Positions 9,870-19,752 of a stretch of 64,000 bases of DNA are shown here, piece after piece (position 1 is the stretch's first letter; the number at the start of each line of letters is the position of its first letter). This DNA is from an uncultured Phycisphaeraceae bacterium (GTDB lineage: Bacteria; Planctomycetota; Phycisphaerae; Phycisphaerales; UBA1924). A model generated the notes under the pieces. That model worked only from the letters and a program-made list of their open reading frames with translations, did not search any database and was not told the DNA's origin. The DNA is taken from contig CAZTJZ010000003.1 of the NCBI GenBank assembly GCA_964614075.1, forward strand, positions 4,408 to 68,407, read 5' to 3'. Both the position numbers and the translations under genes were made by a program.

Positions 9870-10583
9870 TCACGTTGTGGGTGAGAGGGGCAGCAGGTCC
9901 GATTGCGTGAGCACGTCGGGGAGCTGGTCGAGGCGTTTGGCCCGGTCCACGGTGAACGTGCCGCTGCGGGTTCGTCGGAGCCCCCTGAGCATCCCCCCCA
10001 CATTCAGCGCGCGCCCGAGGTCGCGGGCGATGCTGCGGATGTAGGTTCCCTTCCCGCACTCGACGCGCAGCGTGAGCAGGGGCCAGTCGTAGGCGAGGAT
10101 CTCGAGCTTGTGCACCACGACGGGGCGAGGCGGGAGCTCGACGGGCGTGCCCTCGCGGGCGAGCTGGTAGGCGCGGCGTCCGCCCACGTGGAGGGCGGAG
10201 AACGCCGGGGGACGCTGCAGGATCTCGCCCGTGAACCTGGGCAGGAGGGCGTGGAGCGCGTCCGGGGCGGGGGGCGCCGCGTTGTCGACGCGCTGCACCT
10301 CGCCGTCCGCGTCATCGCTGGAGGAAATGTGCGCGAGGTCGACCAGAGCGTCGTAGGCTTTCTCTCCGGCCATGAACTCGTCGCAGCGGCGCGTGGCCTG
10401 GCCCACGAGCACGACAAGCAGCCCGGTGGCGGCGGGGTCGAGTGTGCCGGCGTGGCCGACCTTGAGGCGTTTGGGCGCTCCCGAGCGGCGGAAACGTGTG
10501 CGCACGATCGCGCAGACGTCCATCGACGTGTATCCCGTGGCCTTGTCGATGAGCAGCACGCCGCACGGCGTCGGGACGGTCAT
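9870..10583 (-). CDS. truB: tRNA pseudouridine(55) synthase
   Basis: 237 aa. GVLLIDKATGYTS, catalytic Asp motif GHAGTLDPAATGLL, FSALHVGGRRAY. Its ATG overlaps the upstream gene's stop (ATGA at 10580-10583). Confidence 0.9.
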   Translation of the reverse strand: MTVPTPCGVLLIDKATGYTSMDVCAIVRTRFRRSGAPKRLKVGHAGTLDPAATGLLVVLVGQATRRCDEFMAGEKAYDALVDLAHISSSDDADGEVQRVDNAAPPAPDALHALLPRFTGEILQRPPAFSALHVGGRRAYQLAREGTPVELPPRPVVVHKLEILAYDWPLLTLRVECGKGTYIRSIARDLGRALNVGGMLRGLRRTRSGTFTVDRAKRLDQLPDVLTQSDLLPLSPTT

Positions 10584-12418
10584 GGCGCCCCGCTCTCGCC
10601 GACGTCGACGGTCAGGTATCTGCCCTTGGAGTAGTTGAATCCGCGGACCTGGGCGAAGGCGCGGAAGGCGGTGATCGAGGTGGGGGTCGGGCGCTGGACG
10701 ACGAGGATCGCGCCGGGGTGGTCGCGGAGCCACTGCGGGAGCGATGATTCGTCGACGCGCTGGGCCCTTCCGCGTGTCTCGAAGATCAGGCTGTCCTCGT
10801 GGTAGCCGACGGCGGCGATGGGCCGGGAGCCCGTGGGGTCGGCCTTGGCGATGGCCTTTGCGAGGTTCTCGCTGGTGCGGATCGCGGGGGTGGTGGAAAG
10901 ACCGAGGCTCAGGAGGGCGAAGGCGAGGACGCTGATTGCGGCGCCCCAGCGCTGCAGGTTGAGCCACTGCTGCGAGTTCATCCAGCGCAGGGTACTTCGC
11001 ACGCTCGCGGCGACGAGGAACGCCAGCGCCACGAGGGCCACCGCGGGGAGCAGCTCTTCGTATCCGTGCACGCCGAATCGCAGGAATGCATAGCGAATCG
11101 CCTCACCGCCCAAGGCGACGAAGACGAGCATCATCGCGATCCAGGCGTACGCGCCGATTCTGGGCAGGCGCGGGAGGTCGCGGGAGTGGTCCGCGGCGAG
11201 GACCATCCGGGCGCTGAGGAGCGCGACGATGGGGTAGAGGGGGAGCGTGTAGTGCGGGAGCTTGGTCATGACGAGCTCGAGGACGATCCAGCTCGGGGCG
11301 AGGACGCACAGGCAGAACGCCGCGGCGGGGCGGGCGCGGGCGTGGGCCCGCAGGCGTCGGAACAGGCCGGACTCGGGGCCGCGCGGGCGTGCGGCGCGGA
11401 GGATCCCGGCGCCGGTCAGGAGCGATCCGGCGCCGAGCATGGGGACGAGCAGGAGCGTGTGATAGCCCGGCGGGCCTCGGTGGCCCTCCTTCGCCTGGAG
11501 GCTTCGTCCGAGGGTTTCGTCGAGGACGATCTCGCGGTAGCGGTCCAGGCCGATGTCGCTCGCGACGGCGTAGACCCAGGGCCCGAGCATGGCGCCGATC
11601 ACGATGACGCCGAGCCAGGGGCGCAGCCTCCCCCACCACTTCCATTCGCCCGTGAGCGTGCTGAGGGTGAGGGCGCCCAGGAGCACGACCATGAGCGTGA
11701 TGGGCCCCTTGGTCATGACGCCCAGCGCGACGAAGGCCCACAGCGCGATCGCGTGGCCCCAGGAGGATGCCGCGGGGTGGCGCCGGCGTTTCCAGATGTT
11801 CCAGAGGGGGAGGAGCGCGAGCGTGGTCCAGAGGACCATGACGAGGTCGCTGCGGGCCTGGTGGGATTCCCAGTAGAGGACGGGGCTGACCGCGAGCAGG
11901 GCCGCACCGAGCTTGCCGACGCGTGGGTCGAACATGCGGACGCCGAGACGCCACGTGGCGAGGACGATCCCGACCGCGGCCAGGAGCGAGGGGAGGCGGT
12001 ACATCCAGATGGCGTCGCGGGCGATGGCGTCGTTCCCGAGCCAGATGGCGCCGGAGCAGACGCCGGCGCTCGCCGCCTGGAGCCAGTAGATGAGGGGCGG
12101 TTTGTTGAGGCGCGGGCGGTCCTGGACCATCGGCACGAGCCAGCCCCTGGGCGTGGCGGATTGCAGCATCTGGCGGCTGGCCTGGGCGAATCTCGCCTCG
12201 TCGCGGTCGATTGTGGGGATCGTGAAGAAGCCCGGCAGATACACTGCGGCGCACAGCGCGAGCAGGATGAGCAGCGTGCGCACGCCCCGGGCCGTGCGGA
12301 GCTCGCGGCGGCGGTCGAGCGGCGGGAGGCATGTCGTGGCGGGTCGAGCGATGAGCAACTCTCCGGAGCCCGCGGGCAGCGCGTGCGGTGACCCTTCGGG
12401 AGGTGCCTCGTGCAGCAC
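10580..12418 (-). CDS. GT-C family glycosyltransferase (ArnT / dolichyl-phosphate-mannose-protein mannosyltransferase-like)
   Basis: Up to 612 aa, polytopic. N-terminal loop DRDEARFAQASRQM and NKPPLIYWLQA are typical of GT39/GT83 enzymes. Exact start uncertain. Confidence 0.8.
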   Translation of the reverse strand: MLHEAPPEGSPHALPAGSGELLIARPATTCLPPLDRRRELRTARGVRTLLILLALCAAVYLPGFFTIPTIDRDEARFAQASRQMLQSATPRGWLVPMVQDRPRLNKPPLIYWLQAASAGVCSGAIWLGNDAIARDAIWMYRLPSLLAAVGIVLATWRLGVRMFDPRVGKLGAALLAVSPVLYWESHQARSDLVMVLWTTLALLPLWNIWKRRRHPAASSWGHAIALWAFVALGVMTKGPITLMVVLLGALTLSTLTGEWKWWGRLRPWLGVIVIGAMLGPWVYAVASDIGLDRYREIVLDETLGRSLQAKEGHRGPPGYHTLLLVPMLGAGSLLTGAGILRAARPRGPESGLFRRLRAHARARPAAAFCLCVLAPSWIVLELVMTKLPHYTLPLYPIVALLSARMVLAADHSRDLPRLPRIGAYAWIAMMLVFVALGGEAIRYAFLRFGVHGYEELLPAVALVALAFLVAASVRSTLRWMNSQQWLNLQRWGAAISVLAFALLSLGLSTTPAIRTSENLAKAIAKADPTGSRPIAAVGYHEDSLIFETRGRAQRVDESSLPQWLRDHPGAILVVQRPTPTSITAFRAFAQVRGFNYSKGRYLTVDVGESGAP

Positions 12419-12455
12419 CGTGGGCGAGACGGGCGACTATACCCGCTGCCCGAGC

Positions 12456-13202
12456 GTGTGCCCCAAGCGCCGGGCGGCGTGGGGGCTTGTGATCGGGCTC
12501 GTGGTCGCGGCGGCGCTCGTGGGGATCGATGAACCGGTGGCACGGTTCATGACGCAGTTCGGCGAGGGAGGGCGTTTCGAGCTGGGGGGTGATGTCCAGC
12601 GGGCGATGGCGTTCGTGCAGCAGTTCGGGGATCTGGTGAGCTCGGTCCTTGTGGGGCTCGCGATTCTGCTGCTCGACCGCGGGAATCGCGCGAGACTGCT
12701 CGACTGGCTGGCGGCAGGGCTGGCGACGGCGCTGGCGTCGTGGGCGCTCAAGATGCTCATCGGGCGCCCCCGCCCTCGCCTGGGCGAGCCGATGCTATTC
12801 CTGGGGCCGACGCGTGAGTGGACGTGGACGGTCGAGGGCGGCGCGGGCGTAACGGAGACCGTGACCACGCACGCGATGCGGCTGTCGGGGCGGGGCGTGT
12901 CGGATCTGTGGTCGATGCCTTCGAGCCACGCTTCGGCGGCGGCGGCGTGCGGCGTCGCGCTGGCGTGGATGTACCCCAGGCTCAGGCCGCTGGTCGTGGG
13001 GCTCGTGGCGGCGGTGGCGTGCACGCGTGTGGTCTTTGGGGCGCACTACGCATCGGACGTGGCGGTCGGGACGGCCCTGGGGTTCGCGATCTCGACGCTG
13101 GCGATGGGGCAGTGCTGGGGTCGAGCGGTGGGCCGGCGTGTGGTGGGTCGCCGCATGGCGGCCGTGTTGTTCGGGCGAGAGAACCGGACGCTCGAAGGCT
13201 AG
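12456..13202 (+). CDS. PAP2 family (phospho)lipid phosphatase
   Basis: All three PAP2 motifs are present: KMLIGRPRP, PSSHAS, TRVVFGAHYASD. Start set at GTG 12456 just before the first TM; ATG 12351 is possible but would overlap the divergent gene. Confidence 0.8.
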   Translation: MCPKRRAAWGLVIGLVVAAALVGIDEPVARFMTQFGEGGRFELGGDVQRAMAFVQQFGDLVSSVLVGLAILLLDRGNRARLLDWLAAGLATALASWALKMLIGRPRPRLGEPMLFLGPTREWTWTVEGGAGVTETVTTHAMRLSGRGVSDLWSMPSSHASAAAACGVALAWMYPRLRPLVVGLVAAVACTRVVFGAHYASDVAVGTALGFAISTLAMGQCWGRAVGRRVVGRRMAAVLFGRENRTLEG

Positions 13203-13218
13203 AGTTGGCCCCTTCGCC

Positions 13219-13305
13219 GGAGAGGTGTCCGAGTGGCTGAAGGAGCAGCACTGGAAATGCTGTATACGGGCAACCGTATCGGGGGTTCGAATCCCCCCCT
13301 CTCCG
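13219..13305 (+). tRNA. tRNA-Ser (anticodon GGA)
   Basis: GGAGAGG acceptor pairs with CCTCTCC. Anticodon loop CTGGAAA, long variable arm TATACGGGCAACCGTATC, T-arm GGGGG-TTCGAAT-CCCCC. Confidence 0.95.
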
Positions 13306-13311
13306 CTTGAC

Positions 13312-13362
13312 GCGGGAGACTCTTCCACCGAGACGGTGGTCGGGGTCTCCCGCATTTTGTTT
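13312..13362 (+). terminator. rho-independent terminator of tRNA-Ser
   Basis: GCGGGAGAC...GTCTCCCGC outer stem with a nested CCACC-GAGAC-GGTGG hairpin, followed by ATTTTGTTT. Confidence 0.6.
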
Positions 13363-13765
13363 CTCGCATTTAGTTTCTCGCGATATCTCGCGCGATTCCT
13401 CGCGATCGTCGATCCGGAACGGGCGGGTAGAAGAGGAACACAAGATCTGGTTCGTCGGGGGCACGCAAACTTCTCGTGCTCCGCGCGACGAGCGTCTCGG
13501 CGCTGTTCGTGCTTGATACTCGGTACATCGGGAGCGCGAGATGGCCGGGCGCATGGCGGCTAGAGCAACATCTTGACATGCCGCGGCAAGCGTTGAGGCG
13601 AACGGATGGGGAGTTTGCGCTCGCCCTTCGCCACGTCGTTCGGCGGAGGGCGCTCCCACGGGACGAGAGTGTGTTCTACGATCTGACCGTGGCCGCGTCG
13701 TTCGGTTGGGCCCTCGACGCCTGTGTGGCGTCCGCACGACGCGCGGATCCGCAGGAGACCGCTCG

Positions 13766-14686
13766 ATGCGATGCAATACATGGCTTGTGGCCGCGGTTGT
13801 GTGTCTGGGCGCGTTGGGCGTGCTGTGGATGTCAGCGCCCGCCGGGGCGCGCTCGGCGCCTGACGACGGGGTGCGGGTGTTCGACGGCGAATGGATCTAT
13901 GTCGAAGACCGGACCGAGGGGCGCGAGCTCGAGAAGCTCGGTCCCCCGATGGATTCGAAGTTCATCCTGCGCGTCGAGGAGGGCGCCATCGTGTTGGTGT
14001 GGGGGCACGGGGGCGGCGGACGCCGAAACGTCCGCGTCGCGCTCGACGGCACGATGACGGAGGTGCCCAACACCAAGACCGGCGAGGTGGCGCGCTACCG
14101 CGGCGAGTGGAAGGACGGCACGCTGGCGTACGAGATCGACTTCGTGCGCAAGCCGGGCGAGGAACCTCAGAACTTGATCCGCCGGGAGTTCCGCATGACG
14201 CCCGAGGGGCTCATGGTGAGCTTTCGCGGGTCGCTCGGGCTGTACCGCCACGCGGAGGACATCGCGATGCCCACGCCGGCCAAGGCGATAATCGGCGATG
14301 TGGCGTGGCTGGCCGGAGCGTGGACGGGCGTGAGAGGCTCGCAGGGGCAGATCTCGATCGAGGAACGGTGGAGCCCCCCGCTGGGCGGGGCGATGCTCGC
14401 CACGTCGCGGACGGTCTCGCGCGGCGCGATGTCCGCGTTTGAGTACCTGCGCGTCGTCGAGCGCGACGGCGGGCTGGTGTACATCGCGCAGCCCAACGGG
14501 GGCACGGCGACGGAGTTCACGATGACCGAGCACGGCCCGACGCGTGCCGTGTTCGAGAACCCGCGCCACGACTACCCGAAGCGGATCGTGTACGAGCTCT
14601 CGGCGGAGGGCGGGCTGAGCGCGACGATCGGGTTCATGAAGGGGGGCACGCCCCGTCGCTTTGAGTTCAAGCGCGAGGAGAAGTAG
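13766..14686 (+). CDS. hypothetical exported protein
   Basis: 306 aa from ATG 13766. Signal-like N-terminus MRCNTWLVAAVVCLGALGVLWMSAPAGA. The C-terminal half (FENPRHDYPKRIVYEL) resembles a lipocalin-like DUF I recall only vaguely. Confidence 0.55.
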   Translation: MRCNTWLVAAVVCLGALGVLWMSAPAGARSAPDDGVRVFDGEWIYVEDRTEGRELEKLGPPMDSKFILRVEEGAIVLVWGHGGGGRRNVRVALDGTMTEVPNTKTGEVARYRGEWKDGTLAYEIDFVRKPGEEPQNLIRREFRMTPEGLMVSFRGSLGLYRHAEDIAMPTPAKAIIGDVAWLAGAWTGVRGSQGQISIEERWSPPLGGAMLATSRTVSRGAMSAFEYLRVVERDGGLVYIAQPNGGTATEFTMTEHGPTRAVFENPRHDYPKRIVYELSAEGGLSATIGFMKGGTPRRFEFKREEK

Positions 14687-14743
14687 GCGATTCTGAAATG
14701 TGCGTGGGGACGGGGCGCCGGGTGTCGCCTCGGGGCACGTAGA

Positions 14744-15598
14744 ATGCTCCAACCGAGGGGGACACGTATGCCCACGCACGCCCGGCTCGAACTTTCCCGC
14801 TGGCTTCAGGAGTTTCCGCTCGCGAAGCTCCGCACTCCTGAGCGAGAGATTGATGTGGATCAGATTGATGGTCCGCGGGACATCGCGGTGCTTGAGCAAC
14901 TCCGCGCCGAAGGCGATATCCGTCTTCGGGGCGAGGGGGTGCCCACCGACGTCTGCCTCTGGAACGTTGGCGAGCCGGCCGATCGGGCCGCGACCAAGAT
15001 TGGCGGCGCACCGTATCGCCCGACGTCTGATCCCTGGCCCACGACGCGGGGCGGCTCGCCGATGGGCCTGCTCGCCCAGTTCAACTTCACGGATTCGATC
15101 GATGTGCTCGCCCCCATCAAGGCGAGCGACCTCCCCGGCGACGTCCTCCTCATCTTCACCAGCGGGCCCCACCTGTATGGCGATTGGGATCCGGACGACA
15201 AGGAATCGTGGGCGCTGGAATGGCATCGCGTGGGCCCGCACGTTGGCGAGCAGCCGGCGCGGCATGTTCACGACCTGACGCCCACCTTCGCGACGCTGCA
15301 TCGCACGATGGACTATCCCGACTCTCAGGTTGATGACTGTGCCAACGTTGTGTGGGGGTCCAAGTTCGGCGGTATACCACCCTATCAGCAGGGCGACCCC
15401 GAGCTCCCTGGTGTTCCGCTCTGCACACTTGCTTCTCTGAATCCCTATGGCGGCCCGTGGCCTCTGCTGAACGTGCCCGTCAATCCGAAGGGCGACGACT
15501 ACCTTGACCGCAAGCTTCTCATGATCGGGGACCTCGGCTCCGTGTACATCAATCTTGACAAGAGCGGCCGCGTGCACTGGAGCGCGGATTGCGGGTGA
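14744..15598 (+). CDS. hypothetical protein, DUF1963 (YwqG)-like
   Basis: 284 aa. Pattern KIGGAPY..P.....MGLLAQFNF...SKFGGIPPYQQG...IGDLGSVYINL matches my recollection of the DUF1963 fold family. No search was run. Confidence 0.55.
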   Translation: MLQPRGTRMPTHARLELSRWLQEFPLAKLRTPEREIDVDQIDGPRDIAVLEQLRAEGDIRLRGEGVPTDVCLWNVGEPADRAATKIGGAPYRPTSDPWPTTRGGSPMGLLAQFNFTDSIDVLAPIKASDLPGDVLLIFTSGPHLYGDWDPDDKESWALEWHRVGPHVGEQPARHVHDLTPTFATLHRTMDYPDSQVDDCANVVWGSKFGGIPPYQQGDPELPGVPLCTLASLNPYGGPWPLLNVPVNPKGDDYLDRKLLMIGDLGSVYINLDKSGRVHWSADCG

Positions 15599-15670
15599 TG
15601 GCGTGGGCGTGAAGGGCTGAGCGTGGTGCGCGGAGCTGGTGTGCGGCGCGTGCCGGGCGGGGCTCAGGGC

Positions 15671-15994
15671 TTAGGCGCACCGTCCGCCGCAGCAGTCGCC
15701 GGATGAAGCGCGGCGATTGGCATTGTCGCGCTTGTTCCACGGCATGCGGGCGATCAGCGATGCCATCGGGCACATGCCGCTCACTCCGGCGAACACCAGG
15801 CCGGCCCCGACGACGACCGGCACCACAAGCCACGCCATGCTCACGAAGTACGCGCCGGCGATCCCCGCGAGAAGGACTACTCCCATGAGTGCCTGCGTCT
15901 GGCGCATCACCGCCTTGCTGTGCGGTGCGTCCGAGAAAGCGTCGGCTGACGGCGGCGTGCTCACGGTTGTGCGGTTCATGGTGGCGGTCGACAT
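15671..15994 (-). CDS. small membrane protein, DUF2892 (YgaP C-terminal)-like, with Cys-rich tail
   Basis: 107 aa. Two TM helices and the GMCPMASL motif typical of DUF2892. C-terminus ..SSGDCCGGRCA. Confidence 0.6.
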   Translation of the reverse strand: MSTATMNRTTVSTPPSADAFSDAPHSKAVMRQTQALMGVVLLAGIAGAYFVSMAWLVVPVVVGAGLVFAGVSGMCPMASLIARMPWNKRDNANRRASSGDCCGGRCA

Positions 15995-16239
15995 CGAGGG
16001 GCTCCGGAAGAGGTGAATGAGTTCGGTCGCTGAGTTCGAGGCCGGGCGCGCCGGCGGGGTTCCCGGAAAATTCGGGCGTCGTGGCCAGCCTGTTTTCTCC
16101 GCGAGTTTGAAGGCTCGCCGTTCGTCGTGCCTCGTGGGAGATCACCCGGCGCCACACGAACTATCGAGCTCGGCTTCGTTGGGCTCGCGCGTTCCTGTTG
16201 CACCGCGCTGGGCGCATGCGAGTCGTGGGTCGCTCTGGG

Positions 16240-19200
16240 TTAGCCCTCCTGGGCCGTGCCGATCCCGTGCCCCGGGACGTTCTTGTAGAGCATCCAGTAC
16301 ACCAGCGGGATCACGAACTGGGTGAAGACGGTGGAGGCGATGAGCCCGAAGATGAGGGCCCAGGCCAGGCCGGAGAAGATCGGGTCGATGGTGATGGGGA
16401 TCGCGGAGAGCATCGCGGCGGCGACGACGAGCAGGATGGGCCTGAGCCGGACGGCGCCCGCCTCGATGACGGCGTCGATGAAGGGGCGCCCTCGCTTGAG
16501 CGAGAGGTGGATGAAGTCGACGAGGATGATCGACTGGCGGGTGACGATGCCGGAGAGGGCGATCATGCCGATCATGGCTGTCGCGGTGAAGAACACGGGG
16601 TCCGAATAGGCGCCGACGGTCTTGCCGGTGAGCAGCCCCAAGAGCCAGAAGCCTGGCATGATGCCGACCATGGTGAGCGGGATGGCGAGCATGACGACGG
16701 CGGGGATCATGAACGAGCCGGTCTGAGCGACGAGCAGGGCGTAGATCATCACGAGGGCCGCGGCGAAGGCGAGGCCGAGATCGCGGAAGACATCCAGCGT
16801 GATCTTCCATTCGCCCTCGCCGGACCAGACGACTTTGGTTCCGTCGGAGGTGTTCCATGGGATGCCCCCGCCGCGGATGAGGTGCGAACGGCCGGCGAGT
16901 GTGCGTGGGGAGGATGTGTCGAGCCACCCGCCGGGCGTGCGGGTGACGGTGCCCGTCTGAGCGGTCGTATCGGTTGCATGGTCGGCCATGACATCGACGA
17001 TCACGTCCGCGGGTGGACGCCCGGCGGTCTCAGCGAAGACATAGGCGACGCGCTGGAGATTCTTGTGGTAGATGGTCTGTTCGGTGCTTCGTTCCTCCCA
17101 CTGGCCGAGTTCCGCGAGCGACACGAGCCTGCTGTTTGGACTTGATTGCCCTCGAACCTCAATGCGAGACAGATCTGCGGCGCTGGAACGGTCGGCACGC
17201 GGCAAGCGAGCGATGATCGACAGGGGCTGCCGCTCGCTCGGAGCATGAGCCACGCCGACATCGGCTCCAGTGATCGCGGCCCGCACCGTGGCGGCGAGTT
17301 CGGCGACGCTGATCCCGTTGAGGGCGGCCTTTTCCTGGTCGGGGAGAAAGACCAGCTCGCGGTGGGCGGCCTCGACGGTGTGGTCCGGCTCGACTACGCC
17401 GGGCTCCACCGCGAGGCGGGCCTTGACCAGCTCGGCGGCGTCGCAGATGTCTGAATAGCGGAGATCATCGCGGCCGTAGATCTCGGCGGCGAGGGTATCG
17501 ATGACGGGCGGGCCCGGCGGAAGCTCCACGATTTTCAGGCGCGCGCCCGCCTTGGAGGCGATCGCCTCGAGAACCTCGCGTTCCCGCAGGGCGATCGTGT
17601 GGCTGGGGTCTTTCCGCGACTTCTTGCCCACGAGGTTGACGCGGATCTCCGCCTGATGCGGCATCGTGCGCAGGTTGTAGTGGCGGACGAGGCCGTTGAA
17701 GTCGATCGGCGACGGCGCCCCCACGTAGGACGTGAAGTCCGTCACCTCGGGGATCCGGGTCACGGCGGCTTCCAGGTCGCGGACCAGGGCGTCGGTGCGT
17801 TCCAGCGTCGTGCCCTCGTCGGCGTTGACCAGCAGGAGCATTTCGTTCTTGTTGTCGAACGGGAGCATCTTGAGGGGGACCTGGCGGAACGCCGCGAGCA
17901 TGGCGGCGCCCGCGGTGAGCATCGCGACGATCGCGAGGAAGGCCCAGCCCTTGGCGCGTGACGCGAGCAGCGGATGGAGCAGGGGGCGGAGCACCCGGTA
18001 CTGGAGGCTGGCGCGGGCTCTGGCGAACTCGTCGGCGGCGTGGGAGGACCCGTCTGCGTTGGCGCCACCGCCCGCCCACGGGCGCTTCTTGAGCAGGTGG
18101 AACGCGAGCCAGGGCGTGATCGCGAAGGCGACGAACATCGACATGATCATGGTCACGGGGACGTTGAGCGCCATCGGCCGCATGTACGGACCCATCATGC
18201 CGGAGATGAAGAAGAGCGGCAGGAAGCTCGCCATCACCGCGAGCGTGGCCGAGATGAGCGGCTCGCGGATCTCGCTGACGGCTTCGAGCGTGATGGCGCG
18301 GGTGGCCTTCCTGCGGAGACCGAAGTGGCGGGCGATGTTCTCCACGTCCACGATCGGGTCATCGACGAGGAGACCGAGCGACAGAATGAGCGCGAAGAGG
18401 GTGACCCGGTTGATCGTGTACCCCGCGAGCATGTTGACCGCGAGGGTGAGACCGAAGACCACGGGGACGGCCACCGCGACGACCAGGGCCTCGCGCCAGC
18501 CCAACCCGATGGTCAGGAGAGCCACCACGATGAGCACGGCCACCCACAGCCCCTCGACAAGTTCCGAGACCTTCTCGTCGGCGGTCCGCCCGCTGTTGCG
18601 CGTCACGACGAGGTCCAGGCCATCGGGCACCATCTCAGACTTGAGCCGCTGTGACTCTTTGATCACCGCTTCAGCGACGTGGACCGCGTTGGAGCCCTTC
18701 TTCTTCGAGATGGCGATGGTGACCGCCGGAACGCTCGCGGAGGGGCTTACGGACGCGGGCTCTTCGTGGTCGCCCTCTCCCACCAGTGTCCCGGCGGAGT
18801 GCGGATGGGCACCGAAGCCCCGTCCCGGTCCCCACCCGTGGCGGAGGTAGGTGGAGCGCTCCGCGGGCCCGTCGTCGATTCGGGCGATGTCCCGCAAGAA
18901 GACGGGGGTGCCCCTCGACACGCCCACCACCAGATTTCCGAGGTCGTTCCCGTCGCGGACAAGCGTGCCGGACCAGATGTGGATCACGCTGTCGCCGCGT
19001 TCGATGGCCCCCGCGGGCGGGCTCGCGTTCGACGCCTGGATCGCTCGCTGGATCTCGAGCAGCGAGAGCCCGCGGCCCGCGATGGCCTCGCGGTCCACGT
19101 ACGCCGTCAGCGTGCGCGGCAGGCCGCCCGTGATGGTCACCCGCGAGGTGTCCTCAACCGTGGCGAGGCGAGCGGCCGCTTCCTCAGCGACGCGCCGCAT

Positions 19201-19749
19201 GGTGTACTCGTCCGAATCGGCGGCGCCCTCCGACCGTCCGCGCAGGGTGAGCGTGACGATCGGGACGTCGTCGATCTCGACGGGCTTCATGGTCCAGCCC
19301 ACCACGCCCGGCGGCACCAGGTCCTTGCTCTCCTCGAGTTTCTTGAAGAGGCGGACCAATGACCGCTCGCGGTCTTGACCGACGTAGAACCGCACCGTCA
19401 CGATCGCCGCATCGGTCCGGGACATCGAGTAGACGTACTCGACGCCGTCGATCTGGTACAGGGCACGCTCGAGGGGTGTCGTGACGAGCCGCTCGACCTC
19501 CTGCGAGGCCATGCCCGGGGCGTTCACATAGATGTCGGCCAGGGGAACGACGATCTGCGGGTCTTCTTCGCGTGGCGTCATCAGCAATGCCGCCGCCCCG
19601 ACCGCGACGGAGATCACCAGCAGGATCACCGAGAGGTTGGAATGCAGGAATGTCTTGACGATTCCGTTGATCCAGCCGGCGCGGGCGTGCTCGGCGAGTT
19701 CGAACGATGAGCCTCGCGGGGAATCGTGTGATGAAGGGGTTTCGCTCAC
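16240..19749 (-). CDS. RND efflux transporter permease (AcrB/CzcA superfamily)
   Basis: 1169 aa, with 12-TM RND architecture and two large periplasmic loops. Typical segments: TLFALILSLGLLVDDPIVDVENI and ALLVAQTGSF. Lies 3 nt after the adaptor gene. Confidence 0.95.
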   Translation of the reverse strand: MSETPSSHDSPRGSSFELAEHARAGWINGIVKTFLHSNLSVILLVISVAVGAAALLMTPREEDPQIVVPLADIYVNAPGMASQEVERLVTTPLERALYQIDGVEYVYSMSRTDAAIVTVRFYVGQDRERSLVRLFKKLEESKDLVPPGVVGWTMKPVEIDDVPIVTLTLRGRSEGAADSDEYTMRRVAEEAAARLATVEDTSRVTITGGLPRTLTAYVDREAIAGRGLSLLEIQRAIQASNASPPAGAIERGDSVIHIWSGTLVRDGNDLGNLVVGVSRGTPVFLRDIARIDDGPAERSTYLRHGWGPGRGFGAHPHSAGTLVGEGDHEEPASVSPSASVPAVTIAISKKKGSNAVHVAEAVIKESQRLKSEMVPDGLDLVVTRNSGRTADEKVSELVEGLWVAVLIVVALLTIGLGWREALVVAVAVPVVFGLTLAVNMLAGYTINRVTLFALILSLGLLVDDPIVDVENIARHFGLRRKATRAITLEAVSEIREPLISATLAVMASFLPLFFISGMMGPYMRPMALNVPVTMIMSMFVAFAITPWLAFHLLKKRPWAGGGANADGSSHAADEFARARASLQYRVLRPLLHPLLASRAKGWAFLAIVAMLTAGAAMLAAFRQVPLKMLPFDNKNEMLLLVNADEGTTLERTDALVRDLEAAVTRIPEVTDFTSYVGAPSPIDFNGLVRHYNLRTMPHQAEIRVNLVGKKSRKDPSHTIALREREVLEAIASKAGARLKIVELPPGPPVIDTLAAEIYGRDDLRYSDICDAAELVKARLAVEPGVVEPDHTVEAAHRELVFLPDQEKAALNGISVAELAATVRAAITGADVGVAHAPSERQPLSIIARLPRADRSSAADLSRIEVRGQSSPNSRLVSLAELGQWEERSTEQTIYHKNLQRVAYVFAETAGRPPADVIVDVMADHATDTTAQTGTVTRTPGGWLDTSSPRTLAGRSHLIRGGGIPWNTSDGTKVVWSGEGEWKITLDVFRDLGLAFAAALVMIYALLVAQTGSFMIPAVVMLAIPLTMVGIMPGFWLLGLLTGKTVGAYSDPVFFTATAMIGMIALSGIVTRQSIILVDFIHLSLKRGRPFIDAVIEAGAVRLRPILLVVAAAMLSAIPITIDPIFSGLAWALIFGLIASTVFTQFVIPLVYWMLYKNVPGHGIGTAQEG

Positions 19750-19752
19750 GGC

